A DNA stretch of 64,000 nt from Acidobacteriota bacterium (GCA_031271905.1 JAISUT010000047.1:26350-90349); one strand, 5' to 3'. Shown: positions 1-9,362, counted from the first letter of the stretch. Program-made: numbers and translations. Notes: a model not told the origin generated them from the sequence alone.

Positions 1-38
1 CCGGTGTCTGCCATGAAATCAATGAAACCCTGTAGCAT
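1..38 (-). CDS. N-terminal fragment (12 aa, MLQGFIDFMADT) of a putative Na+-translocating decarboxylase beta subunit; the gene runs off the window edge
   Basis: ATG at 38 preceded by GAGGA at spacing 7. Lies directly downstream of the biotin-carrier and OadG-like genes on the same strand, matching the delta-gamma-beta order of mmd/oad operons. Too short to confirm by sequence. Confidence 0.3.
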   Translation of the reverse strand, partial: MLQGFIDFMADT

Positions 39-89
39 GATTGCGTCCTCGGTGAGTCTGGCGGGGGCGGGAAGTCGCCCGCCCCGCGA

Positions 90-479
90 TCAGGAGATCA
101 CGGCGATCGTCGCCCCTTCTTCGATAGACACGCCGACCTGCGCGTTGATCGACGCCACCGTGCCGTCCTGCGGCGCGAAGACGGGAGTGTTCATCTTCAT
201 GGCCTCCAGCGTGACCAGTTGGTCGCCCTTCTTCACCTGCTGCCCCTGCTGGACGTGGATGGTGACGACCGTGCCGGAGATGGGGCATGGGACCGCCCCT
301 CCCCCGGCAGCCTTGCGCGGCGCGGCCGCAGGCTGGAAGACCGGCGGCGTCACCACGCTCGGCGCGTGGTATGCGGACGGCGCCGGGTGGTGCGGATGGA
401 TGTCTTCGTCCAGCATCTCTGCGGTGACATCGTAAGTTTTTCCCTCTACGGTGATGCGGATGTGTCGCGTAGTTGCCAT
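90..479 (-). CDS. biotin carboxyl carrier subunit of a Na+-pumping decarboxylase (biotin-requiring, lipoyl-like domain)
   Basis: 129 aa with the C-terminal biotinyl motif EAMKM embedded in ...GDQLVTLEAMKMNTPVFAPQDG..., and a Pro/Ala-rich linker typical of MmdC/GcdC/OadA C-domains. Confidence 0.8.
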   Translation of the reverse strand: MATTRHIRITVEGKTYDVTAEMLDEDIHPHHPAPSAYHAPSVVTPPVFQPAAAPRKAAGGGAVPCPISGTVVTIHVQQGQQVKKGDQLVTLEAMKMNTPVFAPQDGTVASINAQVGVSIEEGATIAVIS

Positions 480-534
480 TTGGGGTCGTGTCCTCGGTGA
501 AAAAAGTCAAAGAAAACCAACGGTGCGCGCAAAC

Positions 535-987
535 CTAGTGGTGGGCGTAGACGTGTCCGGCGAATATCTGCCGCCTGCCCTCCTCCGCCCAAGGGTTGTG
601 ATCGTCCAAGCCGTGCGCGGGGGCGATGCGCGTGATGCGATACTGGTGGTTCTCCAGCATCACCGCCACCGCCGCCGCGATCGCCACCAGCGGCGCATCG
701 TCCACCTGCGGCGCAACCGGGGGGGCGTCCGCCGCAGGCGCGGCCTTTGCCGCCGCCTTCGCCTTCGCGACGGCCTCCGAGCGCTTGAAGACGACGCCGA
801 TGAGCGCGCACAGGACGGCCAGCCCCACCAGCGTCGCCAGCACGATCAGGAGCCCCAGCCCCAAAAATCCGAAAACCTCCCCCCAGGAGGAGCCCGGGGT
901 GAGCGCGGGGCCCCGCCCCCCGGCTTGGATTGCGGCGCCCGCCGCCTCCACAGCCGCCAACGTCATGCCGAATGCCAGTGAGATCAT
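535..987 (-). CDS. OadG-like small membrane subunit (delta/gamma) of a Na+-translocating decarboxylase
   Basis: ~150 aa from the internal ATG (MISLAFGMTLAAV...). One N-terminal TM helix followed by an Ala/Pro/Lys-rich linker, typical of the OadG family. Sits directly upstream of the biotin carrier gene. Confidence 0.5.
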   Translation of the reverse strand: MISLAFGMTLAAVEAAGAAIQAGGRGPALTPGSSWGEVFGFLGLGLLIVLATLVGLAVLCALIGVVFKRSEAVAKAKAAAKAAPAADAPPVAPQVDDAPLVAIAAAVAVMLENHQYRITRIAPAHGLDDHNPWAEEGRRQIFAGHVYAHH

Positions 988-1259
988 GGGTGAACGAATC
1001 CTAGGATGGGAAGCGGGGAGACCCCCGGACGGCACTCCCGAAGCGCGCCGCACGGGTCGGACGGGATCCGGGGCGGGGTGGGAGAGGCCATGCTCCAATT
1101 TAATAGTGAGTTGCACATACGATTAGAAATAATAATATCTACGCAAGTGGAATTCCATAGCATTTTGGTTACAAAAGTGAATTTCACCCGCGCTCCCCCG
1201 CCCCTCCCGACTCCGCCCGACTCCCCGCCCCGCGCCTGTAATTCGGAGGCGGGCGGGGC

Positions 1260-1275
1260 TATAATCCATCCCATG
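1260..1275 (+). promoter_or_regulatory. TATAAT hexamer 7 nt upstream of the thioesterase ATG with no Shine-Dalgarno: candidate leaderless transcript
   Basis: gggcTATAATccatcccATG. Confidence 0.35.
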
Positions 1276-1662
1276 AAAATGGACGGACGGGTTTTGGAGT
1301 TTCGCATCTACTTGGAGGACACAGACGCCCAAGGCATCGTGTACCACGCCAACTACCTGAAGTACTTCGAGCGCGGGCGGAGCGAGGTCATGGAGCTGCT
1401 CGGCGTCCCGGTCGCGGAGGTCGCGCGCCCCGACTGCCGCCTGGTCGTCTACGAGGTGCGCGCCCGCTTCCGCCGCCCGGCGTTCCTCGGGGACGTCGTC
1501 GAGGTGACGACCTCGATGGAGCGCTCCTCGGAATACCGGCTCGTCTTCAGGCAGGCGATCCGCCGCAAGGGGGAGCCCGACGTCCTGGTCTCCGGCGAGA
1601 CCGACATCGTCGCCATCGACGGGGCGGGGGCGTTGACGGAGCTCCCCGCCTTCTTCAAGTAG
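1273..1662 (+). CDS. acyl-CoA thioesterase, 4HBT/YbgC hotdog-fold family
   Basis: 129 aa starting MKMDGRVLEFRIYLEDTDAQGIVYHANYLKYFERGRSE..., which matches the YbgC/4-hydroxybenzoyl-CoA thioesterase N-terminal signature (DxD, YHANY). Confidence 0.75.
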   Translation: MKMDGRVLEFRIYLEDTDAQGIVYHANYLKYFERGRSEVMELLGVPVAEVARPDCRLVVYEVRARFRRPAFLGDVVEVTTSMERSSEYRLVFRQAIRRKGEPDVLVSGETDIVAIDGAGALTELPAFFK

Positions 1663-1690
1663 GGGCGCCGCCCCTTTCCCGGCGGCGCCC
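1662..1690. terminator. perfect 11-bp GC hairpin between the convergent thioesterase and GGDEF genes (bidirectional terminator candidate without a U-tract)
   Basis: GGGGCGCCGCC-cctttccc-GGCGGCGCCCC. Confidence 0.4.
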
Positions 1691-2941
1691 CTACGCATCC
1701 TTCCCGCGCATCTCGTCCTCGTAGACGCAGTAGGTGTTCTTGCCGTCGCGCTTGGCGTGGTACATGGCGATGTCCGCGTACTTGATCAGGACGTTGTAGT
1801 TGTCCGAGTGGAACGGGTAGAGCGCGATGCCGATGCTCAACCCCACCTTGTACTTCTCGATGTAGCGGTCCAGCGCCTGCGAGCTGAAGTTGTCCAATAT
1901 CTTCTGGGCGATGATCGCCGCGTCGGTGCCCGTGGCGACGCCGGGGAAGACCTGGATGAACTCGTCGCCGCCGACCCGCGCCGAGACGTTCAGGACGCCG
2001 GCGGCGGGGCGGAACGCCTTGGAGTTCTCATGCACGCCGTCCAAGTATGCCGCGATATGGCGCAACAGGGCGTCGCCCGCATCGTGCCCGGCGTTGTCGT
2101 TGACCTTCTTGAAATTGTCCAAGTCCACGAACAGGAGCGCGAACGGCGCCTTTTCCTTGTTGTTGGCGGAGGCGATCTTCGCCAGGTAGTTCATGAGGTA
2201 CTGCCGGTTGGGCAGGCCCGTGACGACGTCGTAGTTCGCCAGCCGGAACAGCTTGTCCTGCGCGCTCTGCAAGCGCCGCAACAGGATGGACGTGAGCAGC
2301 AGCATCACCAGCATGGCGAGCCCCACGGCGATCGTCAGGTACCAGATGTTGTTGCGCGCCGACTCGTTGCTCTTCTCCCACAAGGTGTTGTCGATATCGA
2401 CGCCGATGACGCCGATCACCTTGTTGTTCTTGCGGATGGGGACGGCGCCGGTGTGGTAGCGCCCCCATTCGTCCTGCATGTCCATGTCCACGGATTCCTT
2501 GCCTAGGAACGCCTTGCCGAGCAAGTCGCCGTCCTCCATCTCGTAGGGCCCTTCGTCCTGCAGGATGGCCTGGTCTTCGAGGTCGGTGTCGAACACGAAA
2601 TAATATTCGCCGTCATCGAGCTGCTTGAGGGCGTAGATGTATTTCGAGCCGGTGTCCTGCTGGAGCTTCCGCAGCCGCGCGAGCGTCTCCTGGTAGGCGT
2701 CCGCGTCTTGCACCGTGTCCGCCACCGTGTTGTACGTCTCGAACCTGTCCGCGTCGATGATCTCCAGCGCCGCATGCGCGGTGGAGACAAGCCTGGACTG
2801 GATGCTGGAATCCAACATCTCGCGCAGATCCTCGGAGTTCTTTTGCGTCATCCACAGGACGATTCCGAGCACGACGGCGAAAAAGACTGCGACCGTCAGG
2901 ACACCGGTGATTTGCAGTTTGTGTTGTTGCGAATGTGTCAT
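1691..2941 (-). CDS. sensor diguanylate cyclase: N-terminal TM plus periplasmic sensor domain, C-terminal GGDEF domain
   Basis: Contains the GGDEF motif (RVGGDEF) and an RxxD-like I-site context. N-terminal TM helix, ~250-aa extracytoplasmic domain, then a second TM before the GGDEF domain. Start codon uncertain (2941 or 2989). Confidence 0.8.
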   Translation of the reverse strand: MTHSQQHKLQITGVLTVAVFFAVVLGIVLWMTQKNSEDLREMLDSSIQSRLVSTAHAALEIIDADRFETYNTVADTVQDADAYQETLARLRKLQQDTGSKYIYALKQLDDGEYYFVFDTDLEDQAILQDEGPYEMEDGDLLGKAFLGKESVDMDMQDEWGRYHTGAVPIRKNNKVIGVIGVDIDNTLWEKSNESARNNIWYLTIAVGLAMLVMLLLTSILLRRLQSAQDKLFRLANYDVVTGLPNRQYLMNYLAKIASANNKEKAPFALLFVDLDNFKKVNDNAGHDAGDALLRHIAAYLDGVHENSKAFRPAAGVLNVSARVGGDEFIQVFPGVATGTDAAIIAQKILDNFSSQALDRYIEKYKVGLSIGIALYPFHSDNYNVLIKYADIAMYHAKRDGKNTYCVYEDEMRGKDA

Positions 2942-2998
2942 ATCGGAATCACCATAGATATAGTTCGAACCCTGTAAAAGCAAAGGCATGCGCTCCCC

Positions 2999-4237
2999 TC
3001 AAATAGCCAAGATGCTGCTCCATTGGACGGCTTCCAGATACGTGTCCGCCAGCTTGTCCACAGGCAACGACAGCGATGACGCCAGGTCGGCGGCCGAGTC
3101 GAAATCGCCGCGCTCGTACAGTTCGATCAGGTGCAACAGCTCGTAGTCCGGCCCCTCGCGCGCCAGAAGCGGCGCAGACACGGCGTCGTCCACATGTATC
3201 TGCGAGAAGACCTCGTCCATCGGCATCTCCATGAGGACGTCCATCAGCGAGAACATCCCCATCAGGTAGAACGTCTCCGCCCGTAAGCCCCGCCCCGCGA
3301 CCGGTGCGATCAGCTCCAGGAAGCGCGCACGGATGAGCGCCATGCGCGTCAGTTCCGCCGTCTTGTCCTGGTTGAGTTCGATGAGGCACATCAGCGCCAT
3401 CCATTTGCGGACCTCGGTCGTGCCCAGCACCACCAGCGCCTGCTGGATGTTGGAGATGACGGCGTGGAAGCCGAAGTAGGCGGAGTTCACGAACTGGAGC
3501 AGGCGGTAGGAAAGCGCCACGTCCTGCTTGATCACGTCGGCGACGTCGTCGAAATTGACGACTTGCTGCATCGAGAGTTGCAACAGGCGTACGCGGTTGA
3601 TGGCCGTCGGGCTGAGGCTGCGTCCCGCCACGATGACGGGCTTGGAGAAATAGTACCCTTGGAAATACTCGAACCCCATGTCCTTCGCGATGGCGAAGAT
3701 GTCGTTGTTCTCGATCTTCTCCGCCAGGAGGCGCAACGGCTGGGACGGCGGGCGCATATCCCGCAGCTCGTGGACGTACTGCGCCAGGATGGCGATGTCG
3801 GAGACCGGCGTCTGGAGGAAGTCCACCTTGACGATGTCGGCGAAATCGAGGAACGTGCTGGTCTCGTCGTCGAGGATGAAGTCGTCCATGGCGATCGTGA
3901 ACCCGGCGTTTTTCAGCCGCACGCAGGCGTCGAGCACCTCCTTGGTCGGCGGGATGTTCTCCAGCACCTCGATGACCAGTTGGTCTGGCGACAAAAGCGA
4001 GGGGATGCCGTACCGCAACAGCTTCTCCGTGAAGTTGACGAAGGCTTTGCGTCCGCCGGTCAGCTTGTCCAGGCCGATGTCCACGAAGCTGTTGATGAGC
4101 GTGCGGGTGGACGCCTGGTCGAGATCCATCGTCTCGTCGAAGGCGTTGACCGCCATGTTCTTGCGGTACAACAGCTCATAGGCGTAGACGTCGTTGGATA
4201 TGTCGAAGATGGGTTGTCGGGCGACGAAGTTTTCCAT
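2999..4237 (-). CDS. EAL-like plus HDOD domain signalling protein
   Basis: N-terminus QPIFD...YELLYR is EAL-like; the C-terminal half has HDOD-type helical-domain features. ATG overlaps the upstream kinase stop (ATGA). Confidence 0.65.
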   Translation of the reverse strand: MENFVARQPIFDISNDVYAYELLYRKNMAVNAFDETMDLDQASTRTLINSFVDIGLDKLTGGRKAFVNFTEKLLRYGIPSLLSPDQLVIEVLENIPPTKEVLDACVRLKNAGFTIAMDDFILDDETSTFLDFADIVKVDFLQTPVSDIAILAQYVHELRDMRPPSQPLRLLAEKIENNDIFAIAKDMGFEYFQGYYFSKPVIVAGRSLSPTAINRVRLLQLSMQQVVNFDDVADVIKQDVALSYRLLQFVNSAYFGFHAVISNIQQALVVLGTTEVRKWMALMCLIELNQDKTAELTRMALIRARFLELIAPVAGRGLRAETFYLMGMFSLMDVLMEMPMDEVFSQIHVDDAVSAPLLAREGPDYELLHLIELYERGDFDSAADLASSLSLPVDKLADTYLEAVQWSSILAI

Positions 4238-6000
4238 CAGGCCATCCTGCTCAGGCTATGCTCGGAGCACAGGTACTTGTCTAGTTTGGCGAGCACTTCG
4301 TCCATGACGATGGGCTTGCCCAAGTGGTCGCGCATCCCCGCGGCCAGGGCCTTGTCTATGTCCTCTTTGAACACGTTCGCGGTCATGGCGATGATCGGTA
4401 CTGTCTTGGCGTTCGGGACGCCGGAGCGCTGTATCTGCCGCGTCGCCTCGTACCCGTCCATCTCGGGCATCTGGATGTCCATGAGCACCAAGTCGTAGTC
4501 GCCGTTTCTCTTGACGAACATATCGACCGCCTCGCGCCCGTTCTCGGCGCATTCCACGGCGATGTGCGTCGGTTCGAGCAGGGTGATGAGTATCTCCCGG
4601 TTGATGGCGACGTCTTCCGCCAGCAGGATGGTCCTGCCTGCGTAGTCGTGGACGTCGGAGCCATCCCCCCCGCGCGCGCTTTCCTCCACTTCCCCGCGCA
4701 GCATCGACACGTCGAAGGTGAACGAGGATCCTTTGCCCGGGGCGGAGGTCGCCCATATCTGCCCGCCCATCAGGTCGATGATGCGCTTGGATATGGCAAG
4801 GCCCAGCCCCGTGCCGCCGTATTTGCGCGAGGTGCTGTTGTCGGCCTGCTCGAAATAGGCGAACAGGCGCGACATCTGCTCCTTGGTGATGCCGATGCCG
4901 CTGTCCTCCACCGTGACGCGGATGAAGTACCTGTCCTCGTAGGAACCGCGGACGCGCACCGTGAGGCCGATGTGCCCGCCGTTGGGGGTGAACTTGACGG
5001 CGTTGGACAGGAGGTTGGTGATGACCTGCGCCATGCGCTGCCGGTCGCCCACGACGTAGTCGGGGATGCGCGGGTCGATGTGCACGGCGAGCGTCTGCCC
5101 GCGCTTGGTGACCTCGAAGTTGATGACGGTGACGATGCCGCCGGCCATCTTCTTGAAGTCGAACGGCTCGGTGAACAGCTCCAGCTTGTTGGCCTCGATC
5201 TTGGACATGTCCAGGATGTCGTTGATGACGCCGAGCAGGTGCGTGGAGGCGGCCTCGATCTTCTTCACGCCGTCGCGGAACTGCCTCAGGTCGTTCGCCG
5301 TGGACAAGATGGTGGTCATGCCGATGATGGCGTTCATCGGGGTGCGCATCTCATGGCTCATCTGCGCCAGGAAGTCGCCCTTCGCCTTGCTGGCAGAGGT
5401 CGCCTTGGCCTGCTCCTTCAAGAAGAGCGCGGACAGGCCGATGAACAGGATGCAGATGAACACCCCCGTGATGCTGATGGCGACGATGTTGTCCACATAG
5501 CGTTGCGTCTCGGTGAGTTCGAGGATGATCCCGCGGCTTTTGCCGTTCGTGCCCAGGGACATATGCCTTTCGTAGGTGTAGCAGCCGACGATGACGGCGA
5601 GGTGCGTCAGCAGGAAGAAAATGAACACCCAGCCGCGCGACAGCAGCACGATGAGGGCGATGGTCAGGATGAAGTAGGCGGCGATGCCGCTGTCGCCGCC
5701 GCCGTTGGTGAAGAAGACCATCGGCATGAACACGTCGCAAAAGGCGACGATCCCTATGATCCGCCCCTGCTTGTGCCAATCGAACCGGTTGCAGAACCAG
5801 AACAGCAGGATGACCATGGAGGTCATGAGGACTTTCACGAACAGGAGCACCGCGCTGGAACCCTGGTAGATGTGCGCCGCAGTCGAGCAAAGGAGCGCGA
5901 CTGTGCCGGCGAGCGCGGTGAGGTTGAAGACCCGCGCGTCGAAGGGGAGCGTGTCGGTGAAAATGTACTTGTTAAGTTTCCCGCGAATCCAATTCGTCAC
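4237..6000 (-). CDS. hybrid sensor histidine kinase: multi-TM N-terminal sensor, HisKA, HATPase_c, and C-terminal receiver domain
   Basis: H-box MSHEMRTPMNAIIGM. N, G1 and G2 boxes present (GGTGLGLAISKRII). C-terminal REC domain (ILLAEDVAINREIL...VLMDIQMPEMDGYEAT). Likely GTG start at 6000 behind a GGAGA RBS; the extended ORF reaches 6198. Confidence 0.85.
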   Translation of the reverse strand: MTNWIRGKLNKYIFTDTLPFDARVFNLTALAGTVALLCSTAAHIYQGSSAVLLFVKVLMTSMVILLFWFCNRFDWHKQGRIIGIVAFCDVFMPMVFFTNGGGDSGIAAYFILTIALIVLLSRGWVFIFFLLTHLAVIVGCYTYERHMSLGTNGKSRGIILELTETQRYVDNIVAISITGVFICILFIGLSALFLKEQAKATSASKAKGDFLAQMSHEMRTPMNAIIGMTTILSTANDLRQFRDGVKKIEAASTHLLGVINDILDMSKIEANKLELFTEPFDFKKMAGGIVTVINFEVTKRGQTLAVHIDPRIPDYVVGDRQRMAQVITNLLSNAVKFTPNGGHIGLTVRVRGSYEDRYFIRVTVEDSGIGITKEQMSRLFAYFEQADNSTSRKYGGTGLGLAISKRIIDLMGGQIWATSAPGKGSSFTFDVSMLRGEVEESARGGDGSDVHDYAGRTILLAEDVAINREILITLLEPTHIAVECAENGREAVDMFVKRNGDYDLVLMDIQMPEMDGYEATRQIQRSGVPNAKTVPIIAMTANVFKEDIDKALAAGMRDHLGKPIVMDEVLAKLDKYLCSEHSLSRMA

Positions 6001-6252
6001 AGTTCTCCGCCATCCAGACCCATGCAAAGCAGTCCAATACAATTTTCGGCACCGAGAGCTGTTTTCTTGATTTTTTTCAGGCGCGGAATCGACGTTATCC
6101 ACCCCGGCGCCGCGACTTCCCCGAAACACCCCGGCGCAGGCGCGCGGGGGGCGAAGGGATGGAGGAGGCGGGAAGGCGCCTGCGAGGCGTCTGCGCAACG
6201 CCCCTGGGCGGCGCGGCGACCCGGTGCGGGTCGCGGGACGGGTCCCTCGCGG

Positions 6253-6753
6253 CTACGCCCCGTCCCCGTCTGCGCCCCCGTCCATGCCGAAATAACGCAT
6301 CCATCCATCGACGTCGATGGCGTCGCCGGGGGCGGGGGATTTTTCCGGATGGACGAGGTGGATGGCGCGGACGCGGGGCGCGGCGGCGGGACGCGACAAC
6401 ACCTTCGCGGCGAAGCGCCCCCAGTCCATCGTGGAGGCGCCGGCGGCGCGGCAGCGCGCGGCGAGCTCCCGGTCGCCGGTGACGACGGTGACCTCGCCGG
6501 GACGTTCGATTTCCCGCAGGCGCCGGCAGATGGCGGCGTCGGCCGACTCCGGCGCGCTGTAGCGGACGGCGACCCCGGGCGGGGGCGAGGCGTCCGCCGG
6601 GTCGTCGCCGTCGAACCAGACCACCATGCGCCCGCCACCGGACTTGCGGCGGGCGCCGAGCGCGGCAAGGAACTCCACGCGCGTGCGGCGGTCCCGGCGG
6701 GCGGCGGCCGCAGAGAGCCCGATCAGGTTGTTCCCATCGAACCAGTAAGTCAT
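6253..6753 (-). CDS. NYN-domain (YacP-like) predicted RNA-binding protein / ribonuclease
   Basis: 166 aa starting MTYWFDGNNLIG, with later acidic residues (WFDGDD) resembling YacP/NYN family proteins. Confidence 0.5.
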   Translation of the reverse strand: MTYWFDGNNLIGLSAAAARRDRRTRVEFLAALGARRKSGGGRMVVWFDGDDPADASPPPGVAVRYSAPESADAAICRRLREIERPGEVTVVTGDRELAARCRAAGASTMDWGRFAAKVLSRPAAAPRVRAIHLVHPEKSPAPGDAIDVDGWMRYFGMDGGADGDGA

Positions 6754-6786
6754 CGTCCTCCACCTGCGGGAATCGCGGCGCGCCCG

Positions 6787-6951
6787 TCAAAGCGCGCGCC
6801 AGTTCGTGAAATCGGCGCCGGACGCGCGGAGCCCGTGCGGCCCGTCGCACACGACCTTCTTCGACGCGACGGGGACGCCCGCGTTTTTCTCGAAGGCGCA
6901 CACGTTGGCGGCGTATCTCCCATTGGCGCCCTGGGACGATTTTATTTCCAC
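6787..6951 (-). CDS. candidate small ORF (54 aa, GTG start) of unknown function, with CxxxxxxxxxxxxxxxxC spacing
   Basis: Open frame VEIKSSQGANGRYAANVCAFEKNAGVPVASKKVVCDGPHGLRASGADFTNWRAL between the NYN gene and the prmA promoter. No ATG start and only a weak SD. Confidence 0.2.
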   Translation of the reverse strand: MEIKSSQGANGRYAANVCAFEKNAGVPVASKKVVCDGPHGLRASGADFTNWRAL

Positions 6952-7109
6952 CAACTCGACTTTAGTCTGTCCATAAACCCTTCAAACGCCACAGCGAGAC
7001 ACCCGAAACCGCCTCGCCGACATTCCAGAAAATACTACATCAACGCTCCCGAAAACATTACATTGCGGATCCCGAAAACAATGCGCCGGGGTTCCCGACG
7101 GTCTTGGTC

Positions 7110-7126
7110 TATAATGTGCGCCTATG
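7110..7126 (+). promoter_or_regulatory. TATAAT hexamer 8 nt upstream of the prmA ATG with no Shine-Dalgarno: candidate leaderless transcript
   Basis: ggtcTATAATgtgcgcctATG. Confidence 0.35.
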
Positions 7127-8020
7127 GCAGAGGACTACATCGAGGTGAGTTTTCGCACGGTCGCCGCCTCCGGCGAAGGCGTCGATTCCGGCGAGATCTT
7201 GGCGCTGCTGCAAGGCGGCGAGGAGCTGGGGTGCTGGGAGGACGCCGGCGTCGCCCACATCTTCTGGCGGGAGTCGCGCTGGTCGCCCGAGGCGCTGGCG
7301 GACCTGCGCCGCGCGCTCGCCGCTTTCGCCATCGACGCGGACGCCGCAGGCATCGCCGTCGCGAACGTCCCCGACAAGGACTGGAACGCGACCTGGGCGG
7401 CTTCGCTGACCCCCGTCCGGCTGGGGCGGCGCATCCGCATCCGCCAGAGTTGGCATCCCCCGGACGCGGCGGACGGCGACATCGAGCTGGTGATCGACCC
7501 GCGTCGGGCGTTCGGCACCGGCTATCACGCGACGACGCAATTGGTGGCGGAGTGGCTGGAGGGGGGCTTGCGCGGCGGGGAGCGGGTGCTGGACGTGGGG
7601 ACGGGGAGCGGCATCCTCTCGATGGTGGCATTGCGCCTGGGGGCGTCATCGGCGTTGGGCATCGACAACGACCCGGTGGCGGTCGAGTGCGCGCGCGAAT
7701 ATGCCCGCGCCAACGGCTTCGGCGCGGAGCTGGAGTTGCGCGTCGGCAGCTTCGACGGGGGCGGCATGGGGACGTTCGACGTGGTCGTCGCCAACATCGA
7801 CGGCATGACGCTGCCGCGCCTCTGCCCCGGGTTGCCGCGCCTCTTGAAGCCGGACGGCGCGGCATGCCTGTCGGGTCTGCAGGAGCACGACCTCCCGGAG
7901 ATCGCTGCGGCGCTCGCCGGCGTCGGGCTTTCCGTCCGCGCCCGGTTCCAACGCGAGGAATGGCTGGCGCTGGAGGTGGGGCGAGCCCCGTCGAGGCGCG
8001 GCGGCGCCTGCGGCGACTGA
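7124..8020 (+). CDS. prmA: ribosomal protein L11 methyltransferase
   Basis: 298 aa. SAM-binding motif VLDVGTGSGILS, followed by ...IDNDPVAV... and ...DVVVANI..., with a PrmA-type N-terminal domain. TATAAT lies 8 nt upstream of the ATG. Confidence 0.85.
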   Translation: MAEDYIEVSFRTVAASGEGVDSGEILALLQGGEELGCWEDAGVAHIFWRESRWSPEALADLRRALAAFAIDADAAGIAVANVPDKDWNATWAASLTPVRLGRRIRIRQSWHPPDAADGDIELVIDPRRAFGTGYHATTQLVAEWLEGGLRGGERVLDVGTGSGILSMVALRLGASSALGIDNDPVAVECAREYARANGFGAELELRVGSFDGGGMGTFDVVVANIDGMTLPRLCPGLPRLLKPDGAACLSGLQEHDLPEIAAALAGVGLSVRARFQREEWLALEVGRAPSRRGGACGD

Positions 8021-8033
8021 AGGGGGGGCGCCG

Positions 8034-9362
8034 CTACAGGTACTGGTTGACGATGTTCTCCAAAAGCTCCTGCTTGCCGCTGACCGAGGGCAGCGACTCG
8101 TTTGCCGGGGCGAGAGCCGCCAGCGCCTCCAGCGTCAACTTGCCTTGCGCGAACTCCAGCCCCTTCCCTGCGGCGAACGACCGGTAGCGGTCGCGGCGCA
8201 TGGCGGGGAGCCTGCCATCCTCGATCAGCGCGGCGGCGATCTCCAGGCCGCGCGCGAAGGCGTCCATCCCGCCGATGTGCGCGATGAACAGGTCTTCCAA
8301 GTCGGTGGAGTTGCGCCGCACCTTGGCGTCGAAGTTCAGCCCGCCCGTGGTGAACCCGCCGTTTTCCAGCACGATCATCATCGCCTCCGCCGTCTGGTAG
8401 ACGTTCGTGGGGAACTGGTCGGTGTCCCAGCCGTTCTGCTCGTCGCCCCGGTTGGCGTCGATGCTGCCGAGCAACCCCGCGTCGGCGGCCGTCTGCAACT
8501 CGTGCGAGAAGGAGTGCCCAGCCAAGGTCGCGTGGTTGGCTTCGATGTTGAGCTTGAAGTCCTTGTCCAGGCCGTGCGCCCGCAGGAAGCCGATGACGGT
8601 CGCCGCGTCGTAGTCGTACTGGTGCTTGGTCGGCTCCATCGGCTTGGGCTCGATGTAGAACGCCCCCTTGAAGCCCAGCCCCCGCGCGTAGTCGCGCGCC
8701 ATGCCGAGGAAGCGCGCCAGGTTTTCGAGCTCCAGCCTCATGTCGGTGTTCAACAGGCAGGCGTACCCCTCGCGTCCGCCCCAGAAGACGTAGCCCGCGC
8801 CCCCCAGCTCGACGGTCGCGTCGATGGCGGCCTTCACCTGGGCGGCGGCGTGCGTGAGGACGCGGAAGTCGGGGTTGGTCGCCGCGCCGTTCATGTAGCG
8901 CTTGTGCGAGAAGAGGTTCGCCGTCCCCCAGAGCAACTTCACGCCGGTGGCGTCCTGCCGCTCCTTCGCCAGCGCGACCATCGTCCGCAAGTTCTTCTCC
9001 GACTCGGCGACCGTGGCGCCCTCGGGCGCGACGTCCCGGTCGTGGAAGCAGTAGTAGGGCGTCCCCAGCTTGGTGAAGAACTCGAACGCCGCGTCCATCC
9101 GGGCGCGGGCGTTCTCCATCGGGTCGGACGAGACCTCCCAGGGGAAGTCGCGCGTCCCCGTGCCGAACGGGTCGCTGCCGGCGGCGCAGAACGAGTGCCA
9201 GTAACAGGTGGCGAAGCGCAGGTGCTCGGCCATGGTCTTGCCGGCGACCACCTTGCCTTTGTCATAGAACTTGAACGCCAGGGGGTTCTTGGAGCCGCGT
9301 CCCTCGAACGGGATGGTCGCGACGCCGGGGAAGTATTCTTTGCTGCCGACGAAATAGGCCAT
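8034..9362 (-). CDS. xylA: xylose isomerase
   Basis: 442 aa. [13 protein letters not shown]...FKFYD...FWGGREGY and conserved metal-binding regions. AAGGAG RBS 7 nt upstream of the ATG at 9362. Confidence 0.9.
   Translation of the reverse strand: MAYFVGSKEYFPGVATIPFEGRGSKNPLAFKFYDKGKVVAGKTMAEHLRFATCYWHSFCAAGSDPFGTGTRDFPWEVSSDPMENARARMDAAFEFFTKLGTPYYCFHDRDVAPEGATVAESEKNLRTMVALAKERQDATGVKLLWGTANLFSHKRYMNGAATNPDFRVLTHAAAQVKAAIDATVELGGAGYVFWGGREGYACLLNTDMRLELENLARFLGMARDYARGLGFKGAFYIEPKPMEPTKHQYDYDAATVIGFLRAHGLDKDFKLNIEANHATLAGHSFSHELQTAADAGLLGSIDANRGDEQNGWDTDQFPTNVYQTAEAMMIVLENGGFTTGGLNFDAKVRRNSTDLEDLFIAHIGGMDAFARGLEIAAALIEDGRLPAMRRDRYRSFAAGKGLEFAQGKLTLEALAALAPANESLPSVSGKQELLENIVNQYL

Noticed and set aside
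4324-8187. 1287-aa plus-strand ORF spanning the histidine kinase, NYN and prmA regions
   Set aside because: It runs antisense to, or out of frame with, well-supported genes (HK, prmA). The translated sequence is Arg/Gly/Ala-rich low-complexity, typical of spurious long ORFs in ~67% GC DNA.
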